64,000 nucleotides of DNA. Origin: Nitrososphaerota archaeon. GTDB taxonomy: Archaea; Thermoproteota; Nitrososphaeria_A; Caldarchaeales; Wolframiiraptoraceae. Below are positions 46,450 through 56,007 of this stretch, piece after piece. Both the position numbers and the translations under genes were made by a program. The notes beneath the pieces are model-generated. The model was not told where the DNA came from and ran no database searches. It was given only the letters and a program-made list of their open reading frames with translations. Positions within the stretch are counted from its first letter, which is position 1. Each line of letters begins with the position of its first letter. The stretch covers positions 385 to 64,384 of the forward strand of contig JAGGRY010000003.1 of NCBI GenBank assembly GCA_021159365.1. The letters are read 5' to 3'.

Positions 46450-48639
46450 TTAACGAATCTCGACGAAGTCTGATATCTGGGGAATTCTCTGAGGCAATCC
46501 CTTTCTCTTTCTAATCTCTTGAATGACCTTCTCTCTTAGGGATGCTGGAACAGGTTTCCAAGCTGAGAACTCGGTCGCCCAGAAAGCCTTACCCATGGTC
46601 GCGCTCCTCATGGCCTCGCTTAAATCGAATGTCTCGGCCGCCGGTATCTCACCGGTTACAATCGTGACATATTCTTGCTGAGTGATATTCAAGATCTTCC
46701 CACGCTTACTAGTTATGACCGACGTAACGGCTCCCATAAGCTCCGGCGGAATCTTCGCCTCAATCTTTAGGACCGGTTCAAGTAGGATTGGATCGGCGCT
46801 TAGAATGCTTGCATAGAGAGTTCTCCTAGTGGCTGGGACTATCTGAGCATAGCCTCGGTGAACAGGGTCTTCGTGTAGCTCGACATTTACGAGAATCGCC
46901 TTAATCCCTCTCATGGCCTCTTCCGCCAAAGGCCCTCTCTCCATGACATCCTGGAATCCAGCAATGATCAAGGCCTTGGATTCCTGTAGGTATTGGGCTC
47001 CCTTGGTCATGTCGACGAATATGTTTCCCTTCGGATCTATCATCCAGACATTTCTCGCCATGTCGGCATCCCATCCATGGTCTCTCAGAATCCTCGCAAT
47101 CTGCTTCCTATCCATCTCGTTGAATAATTCACCTTTTCTTATGAGCTGGATTATCTCCTCCTCTAGGGGCTCCACCTGAATGTAGATCCTGTTATGCCTG
47201 TTCGGAGACTTACCCTCGAAGACCTTTCCACGCCTTGTCACGGTCTCCCTGTAGAGGATTATGGGCTTGCTCGCAACCACCTCTATTCCAGCCTTGGCTA
47301 TCCACGTCAAGGCGATCTCTAGATGAAGTGTTCCCATCCCACTAATCAGATACTCTCCGGTTTCAGGTCTAACCGTCGTGACAAGGGTGGGATCTTCTAT
47401 CGAGAGCTTATTCAGGAAGTCGACGAGCTTCGGCAGATCCCTACTATGCTTGGGCTCAACCGAGATAGTTACAACGGGCTCCGAGACGTAATGTAGAGAC
47501 TCGAAGGGGACGAGGTCGACTGTTGAGAGAGTGTCTCCAGCTCTAGCATCCTCTATTCCAAGTAGAGCTGGGATGTTTCCCGCTGGAAGCATTCCAACGA
47601 TCTCCCTATTCGGTCCCATGTAGACGGTTACTTGCTGAACCCTCTTCTTGATATTCCTCCCAACTATCTGAAGTATATCTCCCTCCTTAACGGTTCCGCT
47701 AAATAATCTTCCAGTCGCGACGACCCCTGCCTGTGGATCTACCTTGACCTCGGTCACTATCATGACTATCGGCCCATTCTCATCGCAGTTCACCATCGCC
47801 TGCCCAACCTCGCTGTCTATATCCCCAGTCCAGATCTTCGGAATCCTATATCTTTGGGCGACATGGGGTGGTGGATGATGATTTATCACCATCTCGAGAA
47901 TCGCTTCATGGAGGGGGGCATTCTCCCTAAGCCAACCGATCTCATTATTGATGAAGGCATTCATCACATCCTTGAACTTTATCCCCCTCTTCTGAGCCTG
48001 TGGAACCGTGAAACCCCATCTATCCTTAGCGCTTCCAATGGCGACGCTTCCATTCTGGAAGCTCACCTTCCATTCCTGCTTATATTGGGGCTCGGCGTAC
48101 ATCTCGATCAATCTATTGATGTCCATCACGATCCTGACCAAGGTCTCCTGAATCTTCTCCGGAGTTAATCTGAGCTCCTTGATCAATCTGTCGATCTTGT
48201 TTATGTATAGGACTGGCTTAACCCTCTCCTCAAGAGCTTGCCTAACAACGGTCTCGGTCTGAGTCATGACTCCCTCAACGGCGTCGACGACCACAACCGC
48301 TCCATCGATCGCTCTGAGAGCTCTCGTGACTCTTCCGCTGAAGTCTACGTGCCCAGGGGTATCTATCATGTTTATCACATAGGGTTTTCCATTCATCTCA
48401 TAGTATAGGGAGATGTTCGCGGCCTTGATCGTCATCTGCCTCTGCTGCTCCTCTTCGAGATAGTCTAGGGCTAAGGCTTTTCCGGCCAAGGTCGGTGAAA
48501 GAAGTCCTGCTGCAGCTAGAAGGCTGTCGGTAGTGGTTGTCTTTCCGTGATCAACATGGGCAATTATCCCTATGTTTCTTATCTGATCCTTTTGCTTTAG
48601 GATGTCTAAAACCTCTGCTATTCTCTTGACCTTAGGCAT
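46450..48639 (-). CDS. fusA: translation elongation factor 2 (aEF-2)
   Basis: 729 aa. GIIAHVDHGKTT, DTPGHVDF, NKIDR, and the diphthamide-loop region HEDPVHRG. Confidence 0.97.
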   Translation of the reverse strand: MPKVKRIAEVLDILKQKDQIRNIGIIAHVDHGKTTTTDSLLAAAGLLSPTLAGKALALDYLEEEQQRQMTIKAANISLYYEMNGKPYVINMIDTPGHVDFSGRVTRALRAIDGAVVVVDAVEGVMTQTETVVRQALEERVKPVLYINKIDRLIKELRLTPEKIQETLVRIVMDINRLIEMYAEPQYKQEWKVSFQNGSVAIGSAKDRWGFTVPQAQKRGIKFKDVMNAFINNEIGWLRENAPLHEAILEMVINHHPPPHVAQRYRIPKIWTGDIDSEVGQAMVNCDENGPIVMIVTEVKVDPQAGVVATGRLFSGTVKEGDILQIVGRNIKKRVQQVTVYMGPNREIVGMLPAGNIPALLGIEDARAGDTLSTVDLVPFESLHYVSEPVVTISVEPKHSRDLPKLVDFLNKLSIEDPTLVTTVRPETGEYLISGMGTLHLEIALTWIAKAGIEVVASKPIILYRETVTRRGKVFEGKSPNRHNRIYIQVEPLEEEIIQLIRKGELFNEMDRKQIARILRDHGWDADMARNVWMIDPKGNIFVDMTKGAQYLQESKALIIAGFQDVMERGPLAEEAMRGIKAILVNVELHEDPVHRGYAQIVPATRRTLYASILSADPILLEPVLKIEAKIPPELMGAVTSVITSKRGKILNITQQEYVTIVTGEIPAAETFDLSEAMRSATMGKAFWATEFSAWKPVPASLREKVIQEIRKRKGLPQRIPQISDFVEIR

Positions 48640-48778
48640 AGCTACTCACTTTCAGGCTCCGAATTCAGCTCTAAAAATTCTCTAATAAAGATTGTGTCTT
48701 AAGCGTATCACTTCACTTTCAGCTAACTCTCAAAAATATATGGATCGAGAGCCAAGTATTTTAGCTAGTGGATAGAGC

Positions 48779-49303
48779 GTGAACCGCCCTATCAATAGGC
48801 TTAGGCTGATCTGTAAGCTTAGGGGTAGAGCGAGAGTTAGAGATGAGGAACTACTCAGCAAGCTTCTCTCGAAAAATTGGAAGATTGAAGGAAGAATTGC
48901 AGAATTAGATGGATCAACTGTCAAGTTCCTGAGCATGAATCCTAGTAGAGATGAGTTCATGCTCACCCTAAACCTGAAGAAGCCTGAACATCTCGACAAC
49001 ATCATTAAATCGATCATTAGGGAATGCTGGTACATTGATATCTACTATAATTTCAGGGGCGATGAAGCGAGGAGGGTTGCAGAAATTCTTAGGATAAGGT
49101 TTGAGGAGAAAGGTGTTTTTGAACTCAAATTATTTGGAATCAATCTCAAGGTCTCGGCGTATCCCTCGTTCAAAACCTTAACAGTCTCATATAGGATTGG
49201 ATGGGCTGAAGTTTCAAAAAACATAGTGTTAAAAGTTCATGAGAAACTTTGCGGAGCCCCTAAATCATCAATCCTATCTAAGATAATGGGGTGGAGGAGA
49301 TGA
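48779..49303 (+). CDS. hypothetical protein, first gene of the crenactin operon (arcadin-like by position only)
   Basis: 174 aa, GTG start. No motif I recognise. Its 3' end overlaps the crenactin start by 13 nt. Confidence 0.45.
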   Translation: MNRPINRLRLICKLRGRARVRDEELLSKLLSKNWKIEGRIAELDGSTVKFLSMNPSRDEFMLTLNLKKPEHLDNIIKSIIRECWYIDIYYNFRGDEARRVAEILRIRFEEKGVFELKLFGINLKVSAYPSFKTLTVSYRIGWAEVSKNIVLKVHEKLCGAPKSSILSKIMGWRR

Positions 49304-50568
49304 GCGAGGAATACAAGCGTGAACATGTATTTGGAATAGATTATGGAACTAGCGACTTCAAGTATGGGCCGATAGCTCTTGGAGAAACTCCAGAGGTTGT
49401 GGAGAATAGAGGATACTTTGTGGATAAGGAGTCGCTGATGTCCAAGCTCATGGACATTAGGAGAGAGATTGTCGTTGGGAAAGAGCTTCCATTATTCCTA
49501 GAATCTAGGAAGAGCTTAGCCGAGAGAATGGTATATCCCATGAGGAATGGAGTGATTGGGAAGGATGATTGGAAAGCTTGGAGAGTCGTTGAAGAATTGA
49601 CTAAATATGCATTAAACTCATTCGCCCCAAGGGACGAGGAATTCGACGGATTCTATCTCGTGGCCAGCATATCCATGGTTGCACCGAGATACATGTATGA
49701 AAAACTCTTCGAGATCTTCAAGAAGATGAATGATGAGAAGACTCTAGTTAAAGCGGCGACGATAATCCCACAGCCTCTAGCAGTGGCGATAGCACATAAG
49801 ATACCGACATGCGTGGTCGTGGAATCAGGTCATGGAAATAGCCAGATCTGCCCAATCTCGATGTATCCGATCAGAGACGCCGTCTTGGCCTTGAATAGAG
49901 GTGGAAGTTCCGCGAACATCCTGATGGCTGAGATCTTAAAAGATGCTGGATACGGCGACTTGGCTAAAGAAGAGAGCCTAGTCAGGAGAGTTAAGGAAGA
50001 GATCGGACTACTTCCAAGAGATCTCGACTCTGCAATAGATTATGCTAAAGCCAATCCTGAGAAAGTTCATGCCCGATTAAAGATTCCGGGAACCAGAATA
50101 GTCATAGATTTGGGAGAGCATTCATGGACAAGGTTTCTAGTTGGAGAATACGTCTTCAACCCGAATCATGAAATATTCCAAAGCTACTTCACGAGAGGAA
50201 TGCCGAAGCCCAGCGACATCAAGATCGGGGACACATTCTTTTATGGCATGATGGATATGGCTGAAGCGATCATAGAATCCGTTGAGAAGTGTCCAATAGA
50301 GCTTCAACCACATCTATACTCGAAGATTTTGCTCTCAGGCGGAAACTTTAGCTGGAAAGTTCCGGAAGATCTCAAAGAGGTGGCGGTAACCTCAGACTTA
50401 AAATTGACATCGATGCTCCATGAGAAAGGAATAGAAGATATCGAGGTAAGGATAACCGAGGAGCCTAGATTCTCGGTTTGGAGAGGATGTATAGTCTATG
50501 GATATGCAGTCCCCATAGACTATGAATGGAATTGGAATAGGATGGAGGGGTGGCTATATCTTGCATAG
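49291..50568 (+). CDS. crenactin (archaeal actin homologue)
   Basis: 425 aa. Phosphate-1 FGIDYGTSDFKYGP, VVESGHGNSQICPI, IPQPLAVAIA, ILLSGGNFSW, and C-terminal SVWRGCIVYGYA. Closely resembles crenactin as I remember it. Confidence 0.88.
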   Translation: MEEMSEEYKREHVFGIDYGTSDFKYGPIALGETPEVVENRGYFVDKESLMSKLMDIRREIVVGKELPLFLESRKSLAERMVYPMRNGVIGKDDWKAWRVVEELTKYALNSFAPRDEEFDGFYLVASISMVAPRYMYEKLFEIFKKMNDEKTLVKAATIIPQPLAVAIAHKIPTCVVVESGHGNSQICPISMYPIRDAVLALNRGGSSANILMAEILKDAGYGDLAKEESLVRRVKEEIGLLPRDLDSAIDYAKANPEKVHARLKIPGTRIVIDLGEHSWTRFLVGEYVFNPNHEIFQSYFTRGMPKPSDIKIGDTFFYGMMDMAEAIIESVEKCPIELQPHLYSKILLSGGNFSWKVPEDLKEVAVTSDLKLTSMLHEKGIEDIEVRITEEPRFSVWRGCIVYGYAVPIDYEWNWNRMEGWLYLA

Positions 50569-51241
50569 GAGATTTAAGCCCGAAGATTTAGTGGCAGCAA
50601 TCTATGAGGAAGAAGGGTTCTATGAAGTCGAGAGGAGAGAAGAGGGAATCTTAGGGGCATCAAGTAGAATCATATTATCTGACGGAAGACGCGAACTCGC
50701 CGTAAACATCTTAGATGAGGACGCGTTGATGATTCATGGAGCAATTCACGACGCCCTTCTTCAAGCCGAAAAACTCAAGGAGAAATATAGTGGAGTCTCC
50801 ATAGCGATTCCGAGAAGATTTAGGAGAGCGGTGGATGATGGGGTTCTATCCATGCATGGCCTGGGACTAATAGTTTATGACATGATGGGAGCCGAAGAAG
50901 TGGTTCCCCCGAAATTCACCGAAAGAGTTGAGGTCATGGAAGACTCTGATGCAGTGATGGAAGAGAAACTTGTCAGCATCGAAGAGATCGTTAAGATCAG
51001 ATCCGATATCGGGAGAATCCTTAGAGCGCTAGAGGAGCTTGAGGCGAGGCTCGATAGGCTTGAGCGCGCGCAGAGAAGCCTTGAGATCAGGATGAATAGG
51101 ATTGAGCGAAGATCTTCGAGAGCTGAAGTAAAGGTTCGCGAAGCTCCTAAGATCAGGGAACAGGTTAAGCCGAATTCCAAGAAACTTCCCTCATATCTCG
51201 TCGATAATCCATGGATAGATATCTTGTCGAGGAGAGAATGA
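50522..51241 (+). CDS. coiled-coil protein downstream of crenactin (arcadin-2-like by position and architecture)
   Basis: 239 aa: a globular N-terminal half, a heptad-rich segment EEIVKIRSDIGRILRALEELEARLDRLERAQRSLEIRMNRIERR, a basic linker, and a hydrophobic tail KLPSYLVDNPWIDILSRRE. Start is uncertain (ATG 50522, or TTG 50561 after GGAGGGGTGG). Confidence 0.45.
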   Translation: MNGIGIGWRGGYILHRRFKPEDLVAAIYEEEGFYEVERREEGILGASSRIILSDGRRELAVNILDEDALMIHGAIHDALLQAEKLKEKYSGVSIAIPRRFRRAVDDGVLSMHGLGLIVYDMMGAEEVVPPKFTERVEVMEDSDAVMEEKLVSIEEIVKIRSDIGRILRALEELEARLDRLERAQRSLEIRMNRIERRSSRAEVKVREAPKIREQVKPNSKKLPSYLVDNPWIDILSRRE

Positions 51242-51242
51242 A

Positions 51243-52019
51243 TTGAGGATAATAATCTTGGGGGCTGGATCGATTATCCCGACGAAAGACAGGTTTGGAT
51301 CATCCATACTATTGGAAACAAGCCTTGGCGGAATCCTACTCGACATAGGACCCGGAACGATTGAAAAGCTGAGGAGAATTAGATTGAATCTGGAAATGAT
51401 AAATAAGATCTTGATCACGCATTTCCACATAGATCACGTATCAGATCTACTACCATTCCTCAAGATGAGAGCCTTGATCCGGAAAACCCGTGGAAAATTC
51501 AAAGACATTATCGACATCTATGGTCCCAAGGGGCTCAACGACTTTATCGAAGACCTACTGGTCAAAAACAGATTCCTAAGCTATCTAATGGATCTCGATG
51601 TTCTAAGAGATGTTCAGCTTCATGAGTGCTGGGATGGAGTCGTGGCCGCCGAGAAGGAATTTGAGATAAGATCCGTTCCAGTTGAACATTTCAATGGCGT
51701 TGCATATAGGATTAGGGTTGATGGAGTTGACCTCGTCTACTCTGGAGACACCATGCCCGATGAGAGACTGATTCGGATGGCGGAGAATGTGGATATATTG
51801 ATCCATGAATGCTCGTGTCCAAGTGGTCGAAAACTCGGAAAGCATACTACGGATGAAGAGCTTGTCGAGATAGTCTCCATGATCAAGCCAAAGATCATAA
51901 TAGCCGTTCACCTCTATCCGGAGATGGAGGAGAGAATCCGTAGCTTAAAGGAGTCTCTGAAAAAAGCGTCAGGTGGATTGGTTTACGTCCCCTCAGATAT
52001 GGATGTGATCGAGGTCTGA
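51243..52019 (+). CDS. MBL-fold metallo-hydrolase (RNase Z/BN-like)
   Basis: 258 aa, TTG start 2 nt after the previous stop. HFHIDHVSD motif and later YSGDT and HEC. Confidence 0.65.
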   Translation: MRIIILGAGSIIPTKDRFGSSILLETSLGGILLDIGPGTIEKLRRIRLNLEMINKILITHFHIDHVSDLLPFLKMRALIRKTRGKFKDIIDIYGPKGLNDFIEDLLVKNRFLSYLMDLDVLRDVQLHECWDGVVAAEKEFEIRSVPVEHFNGVAYRIRVDGVDLVYSGDTMPDERLIRMAENVDILIHECSCPSGRKLGKHTTDEELVEIVSMIKPKIIIAVHLYPEMEERIRSLKESLKKASGGLVYVPSDMDVIEV

Positions 52020-52100
52020 CCAAAAGAATCTCGGAGATTTACCGTCCTCAATCAAGCGATAACATCTTAAATTGATGATGCAGAGCTTGTTGTTCGAGAG

Positions 52101-52625
52101 ATGATCCTAAGCGACTTCGATCTCTGGAACTATATTAAGAGCGGCAGGCTGAGAATAGAGCCGTTTAGAGATGATGTAGTTAGGGAGAATGGACTTGATC
52201 TCAGGATCGGCGAGGAGATAGCTAGGATGAAGAACTCGGATAAGCTCTTCGACACCCACGCTCATGAAGACATCGAAGAATATTATGTGATCGAGAGAGG
52301 AAAGGAGTTCGTGATAAATCCGAGAGAACACGTCCTCCTACACACAATAGAATACATCAAGCTTCCACTAGATCTAATGGGGTTTGTAAATCTAAGGAGT
52401 AGCTATGCTAGGATTGGATTGACGATTCCCCCGACAATCATAGATGCGAACTTCGAGGGACAATTAACCATAGAGTTGATTGGAGGAGACTTTCCGATAA
52501 AACTCTATGCCGGCGACAGATTCATTCACGTCGTCTTCGCCAAGCTCTCATCGCCGGTCGAGAAGCCATATAAGGGCAAGTATCAGGGCCAGAGGGGGGT
52601 TAGGCTTCCATCGTTTAAGGATTGA
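52101..52625 (+). CDS. dcd: dCTP deaminase (dUTPase superfamily)
   Basis: 174 aa. MILSDFDLWNYIKSGRLRIEP, NGLDLRIG, SSYARIGL, FEGQLTIEL. Confidence 0.92.
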   Translation: MILSDFDLWNYIKSGRLRIEPFRDDVVRENGLDLRIGEEIARMKNSDKLFDTHAHEDIEEYYVIERGKEFVINPREHVLLHTIEYIKLPLDLMGFVNLRSSYARIGLTIPPTIIDANFEGQLTIELIGGDFPIKLYAGDRFIHVVFAKLSSPVEKPYKGKYQGQRGVRLPSFKD

Positions 52626-53058
52626 TTTCCTCCACATATATTAAGGGATAGTCAAGTTCATCGATATATCTTAATCTCCCAACCGCTCTAGCATCACCAT
52701 ACCTCACCTCAACTTTGACATCTAATGACTCTGGAGAAATTATCCCATATTCATATTTCTTCGAGATCTTCAATCTATCTTTGATGATCTTTATCCTCAC
52801 GTCGGCTCTAAATGGTTGGAGGCTGAATGATCTTTGAACAGCTTCCGCCAAATCTTTCAGGAATTCATCATCTGCCTTAACTGGAAGACCTATTAATTGA
52901 TGGAGAATTGATGCTAAGCATATTCCAGCCTCGAAGATCGCGTGCTCCCTGTCGCTCATTTCTGCGAAAAACTCTAACGCGCTGTCGGGATGCTTACCCA
53001 AACGGCTCATACAAGAAGTATTGGATAGCTTAAGAATAACATTTTTATCTTCATCCAC
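52615..53058 (-). CDS. putative archaeal dihydroneopterin aldolase (MptD-like)
   Basis: 147 aa. SDREHAIFEAGICLASILHQLIGLPV resembles the MptD/PF04038 core as I recall it. Needs a profile search. Confidence 0.45.
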   Translation of the reverse strand: MDEDKNVILKLSNTSCMSRLGKHPDSALEFFAEMSDREHAIFEAGICLASILHQLIGLPVKADDEFLKDLAEAVQRSFSLQPFRADVRIKIIKDRLKISKKYEYGIISPESLDVKVEVRYGDARAVGRLRYIDELDYPLIYVEEINP

Positions 53059-53079
53059 CCGATATGGTTTAGGAGGTTC

Positions 53080-54231
53080 TTGTGGATTAGGTTCTTTAGA
53101 CCCGATGCTTCGCTGGTTTGGAGGGATCCAGAGGTTAGGCGCAGGCTTAGATGGTATAGGTCTGTGATGCTCGACGAGACCCCTGCGAAGTTCATGATAG
53201 TTAAGTCGATTAAGGCGGTCGATGGATTGAAAGAGCTTAGGGAAGAGAAGCTCTGGAACCTACATGAAGAATTGCATAATGAGGCTGAAGAACTCTTCAA
53301 ACAATATTATGGATCTGGAGTGGATTACGAGAAGCTCAAACCCGTTCAGCCTTCATATCTAGATCTAAAGATCGAGCTTGCGAAGAGAATTCTTAGGAGA
53401 TGTAGGTTCTGTGAATGGAGATGCGGAGTCGATAGGCTTTCAGGAATGAGGGGAGTCTGTGGATTAACTGAGAAAGCTTATGTCGCATCATTCTTCCACC
53501 ATTATGGCGAGGAGGCCCCTCTGATAGGAACAGATAAACAGGGAGGATCTGGAACTATATTCTTCGTATCATGCAACTTCCACTGCGTCTTCTGCCAAAA
53601 CTGGGATATCTCCCATCCAAGGGGAAAACTCGAGGACGCCGGAGTCGAGGTTGACGCCAAGAGGCTTGCGGCGATAGCGAAGAAGCTCAGGGTGGATGGC
53701 GCGGCGAATATAAATTACGTTGGAGGCGAGCCCACTCCAAATCTTCACGTGATAGTCGAGTCATTGAAGTATCTTGACGTTAATGTCCCAATACTCTGGA
53801 ACAGCAACATGTATATGAGCGGAGAGTCCATGAACCTCTTAAAGGATCTTGTAGATATTTGGCTCCCAGACTTCAAGTATTGGAGTAATGAGTGCGCGAG
53901 GAGGCTTTCAAATGTTGGGGGGAGGCTTGGGTATAGGGAGACCGTTACGAGAAATCATTTAATCGCCGCCAAACATGGAGATATGATCATCAGACATCTA
54001 GTCCTTCCAAATCATCTCGAATGCGATACAAAGCCTATTTTGAAGTGGCTCTCGGAGAACCTGAAGGATAAGGTCTTAGTCAATATAATGGGACAATATA
54101 GACCGGATCACCTAGTGCTTGAAAAGCCTGAAAAGTATCAAGACGTATCAAGGAGACCTAGAAATGAGGAGATGCATGAGGCGTATAGCTACGCCGATAA
54201 ACTCGGAATAGTTTATAGACCTGTCTCCTAA
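53080..54231 (+). CDS. radical SAM protein (PflX-like activase homologue)
   Basis: CNFHCVFCQNWDIS radical-SAM motif, an upstream Cys cluster CRFCEWRCGVDR..GVC, and GGEPTP. Start is uncertain: GTG 53080 gives an odd leader, and internal Mets lie at about 53137-53170. Confidence 0.8.
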   Translation: MWIRFFRPDASLVWRDPEVRRRLRWYRSVMLDETPAKFMIVKSIKAVDGLKELREEKLWNLHEELHNEAEELFKQYYGSGVDYEKLKPVQPSYLDLKIELAKRILRRCRFCEWRCGVDRLSGMRGVCGLTEKAYVASFFHHYGEEAPLIGTDKQGGSGTIFFVSCNFHCVFCQNWDISHPRGKLEDAGVEVDAKRLAAIAKKLRVDGAANINYVGGEPTPNLHVIVESLKYLDVNVPILWNSNMYMSGESMNLLKDLVDIWLPDFKYWSNECARRLSNVGGRLGYRETVTRNHLIAAKHGDMIIRHLVLPNHLECDTKPILKWLSENLKDKVLVNIMGQYRPDHLVLEKPEKYQDVSRRPRNEEMHEAYSYADKLGIVYRPVS

Positions 54232-54644
54232 GACCTCTTAGGGACAACGACTTTAGGCGGATTTTCGGATACATCTATGAATCCGTTGAGAACGTCCTCA
54301 AACCTATAAAGATAATGGTTTTCATCTCCTTTGACCTCAAGGTTTTCATCCGCCTTGAATTCAATTATCCTTCCACCGACGCATTCATGCCTTATAATCT
54401 CTCCAGGCTTGATGGAATATATCTCAACCTTCGGCTTCTCTGCCTTACAGACTAGAATTATCCAGCGCTCGTCCGAGCTCGATGGATCTTCGAGGAACTC
54501 GGATTCAATTTTCCCAGGTCTTCTAACGCATATTCTGATGATTCCGCATTTACTGCATCTCCATGAATCATAGGTTTGAATCAGGTTCGATCCATCGTAG
54601 ATGTTTAGAGATCCATGGTATTGGAATTCATGTCTTTCATTCAA
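54228..54644 (-). CDS. hypothetical protein
   Basis: 138 aa, TTG start, one CxxC (CSKCG). No recognised family. Confidence 0.4.
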   Translation of the reverse strand: MNERHEFQYHGSLNIYDGSNLIQTYDSWRCSKCGIIRICVRRPGKIESEFLEDPSSSDERWIILVCKAEKPKVEIYSIKPGEIIRHECVGGRIIEFKADENLEVKGDENHYLYRFEDVLNGFIDVSENPPKVVVPKRS

Positions 54645-54646
54645 TT

Positions 54647-55342
54647 CTATTCACGCTCCAGGATCACAACCTCGACTTCCGCTAACTCCTTAAATCTCTC
54701 CGCATCCTTCCTGCTTCCAACTATGGATCCATAATGCATCGGGATCGCCACCTTGGGTTTGAATGTGTTTACTGCTTCAGCCGCTTCTTCCGCCGTCATG
54801 ACATAAGTTCCGCTCACAGGGACTAAGGCGATATCGACTTCCAGTTCCTTCATTTCTGGAATGAAGTCCGTGTCTCCGGCATGATAAACCCTAACGCCAT
54901 CTAAGGTTAGGATATATCCCACTCCTCCAGCCTCCTTTGGGTGATATGGAATCCCTGGAGCTCTGAACTTGGTTAAATTGTAGGCTGGAATCGTCTCGAT
55001 ATCTACCTCTCTAACCCTCACTTTATCTCCAGGCTTAACTAGCTTGATTATTCCAACTCCAAGCCCCTTAAGTTGACTCCCGCATGATTCCGGCGCAATT
55101 ATGTCGGTGTCATGTTTGACGATCTTCCTCAAATCGTCTGGGCTTAAATGATCGAAGTGCTCATGGGTTACTAAGATCATGTCAGCCGAGCCCTTAGACC
55201 TTATCTTATATGGATCGATGTAGATCAATTTTCCAGCGTATTTCAGTAGGAAGGCGGCGTGGCCGAGCCAACTAATCTCCACATCCTGATATGTGTATGG
55301 CATGCTAGATACACCGATGAAGTCTCTTAAAAGAATTTTCAA
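54647..55342 (-). CDS. MBL-fold metal-dependent hydrolase (UPF0173-like)
   Basis: 231 aa. LVTHEHFDHL, YHAGDT, and IPMHYG motifs. Confidence 0.85.
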   Translation of the reverse strand: MKILLRDFIGVSSMPYTYQDVEISWLGHAAFLLKYAGKLIYIDPYKIRSKGSADMILVTHEHFDHLSPDDLRKIVKHDTDIIAPESCGSQLKGLGVGIIKLVKPGDKVRVREVDIETIPAYNLTKFRAPGIPYHPKEAGGVGYILTLDGVRVYHAGDTDFIPEMKELEVDIALVPVSGTYVMTAEEAAEAVNTFKPKVAIPMHYGSIVGSRKDAERFKELAEVEVVILERE

Positions 55343-55443
55343 ACAATAATCAAGGGATTACGTGGGATGATTTAAGCCCCCTACCATGATCTCTCAGCGT
55401 TTCAGAAAATTTTTATCTCAAGCTCAACTATTCATGGTTGATC

Positions 55444-55911
55444 ATGAGAGTTTACTTAATCCAGCATGGCGAGGCTAAGAGAAAGGAGGAAGACCCGGCT
55501 AGACCTTTAACCGAGAATGGGAGAACCGAAGTTGAGCGCGTTGGGAGATTTTTAGCGAAAATCGGAGTTAAGGTTGATCAAATACTTCACAGCGGCAAGC
55601 TCAGAGCCGCTCAAACGGCAGAATTAATAGCAAAATATGTTAAGCCCATGAAAAAAGTCGAGGCAGTGAAAGACTTAGATCCTCTCGCAGATCCAAGGAT
55701 CTGGGCTGAGAAGCTCAATAAAGGTGAGAATGATTTGATGTTGGTCGGCCACCTACCTCACCTTAAGAGGCTAGCGAGCCTACTCCTAACTGGAAGAGAC
55801 GACTTGGAGATCGTCAGATTTAGGTATGGCGGAGTTGTCTGCTTGGAAAAGAATGAGGGATGGAGCATCTTATGGATGATTAGGCCGGATATACTCCCAG
55901 AAAGAAGTTGA
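55444..55911 (+). CDS. sixA: SixA-type phosphohistidine phosphatase (histidine phosphatase superfamily)
   Basis: MRVYLIQHGEA..RPLTENG..LRAAQTAE..LVGHLPHL is collinear with SixA. The RHG arginine is replaced by Gln. Confidence 0.7.
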   Translation: MRVYLIQHGEAKRKEEDPARPLTENGRTEVERVGRFLAKIGVKVDQILHSGKLRAAQTAELIAKYVKPMKKVEAVKDLDPLADPRIWAEKLNKGENDLMLVGHLPHLKRLASLLLTGRDDLEIVRFRYGGVVCLEKNEGWSILWMIRPDILPERS

Positions 55912-56007
55912 TAAATCCATGGAAGAGAGAAATGTCTTCGGCGACGTCAATTCATGGGAGATGATTAAGTTTAAGAGTTAATTCTGAAACTGTTCTATCG
56001 TCCTAGA

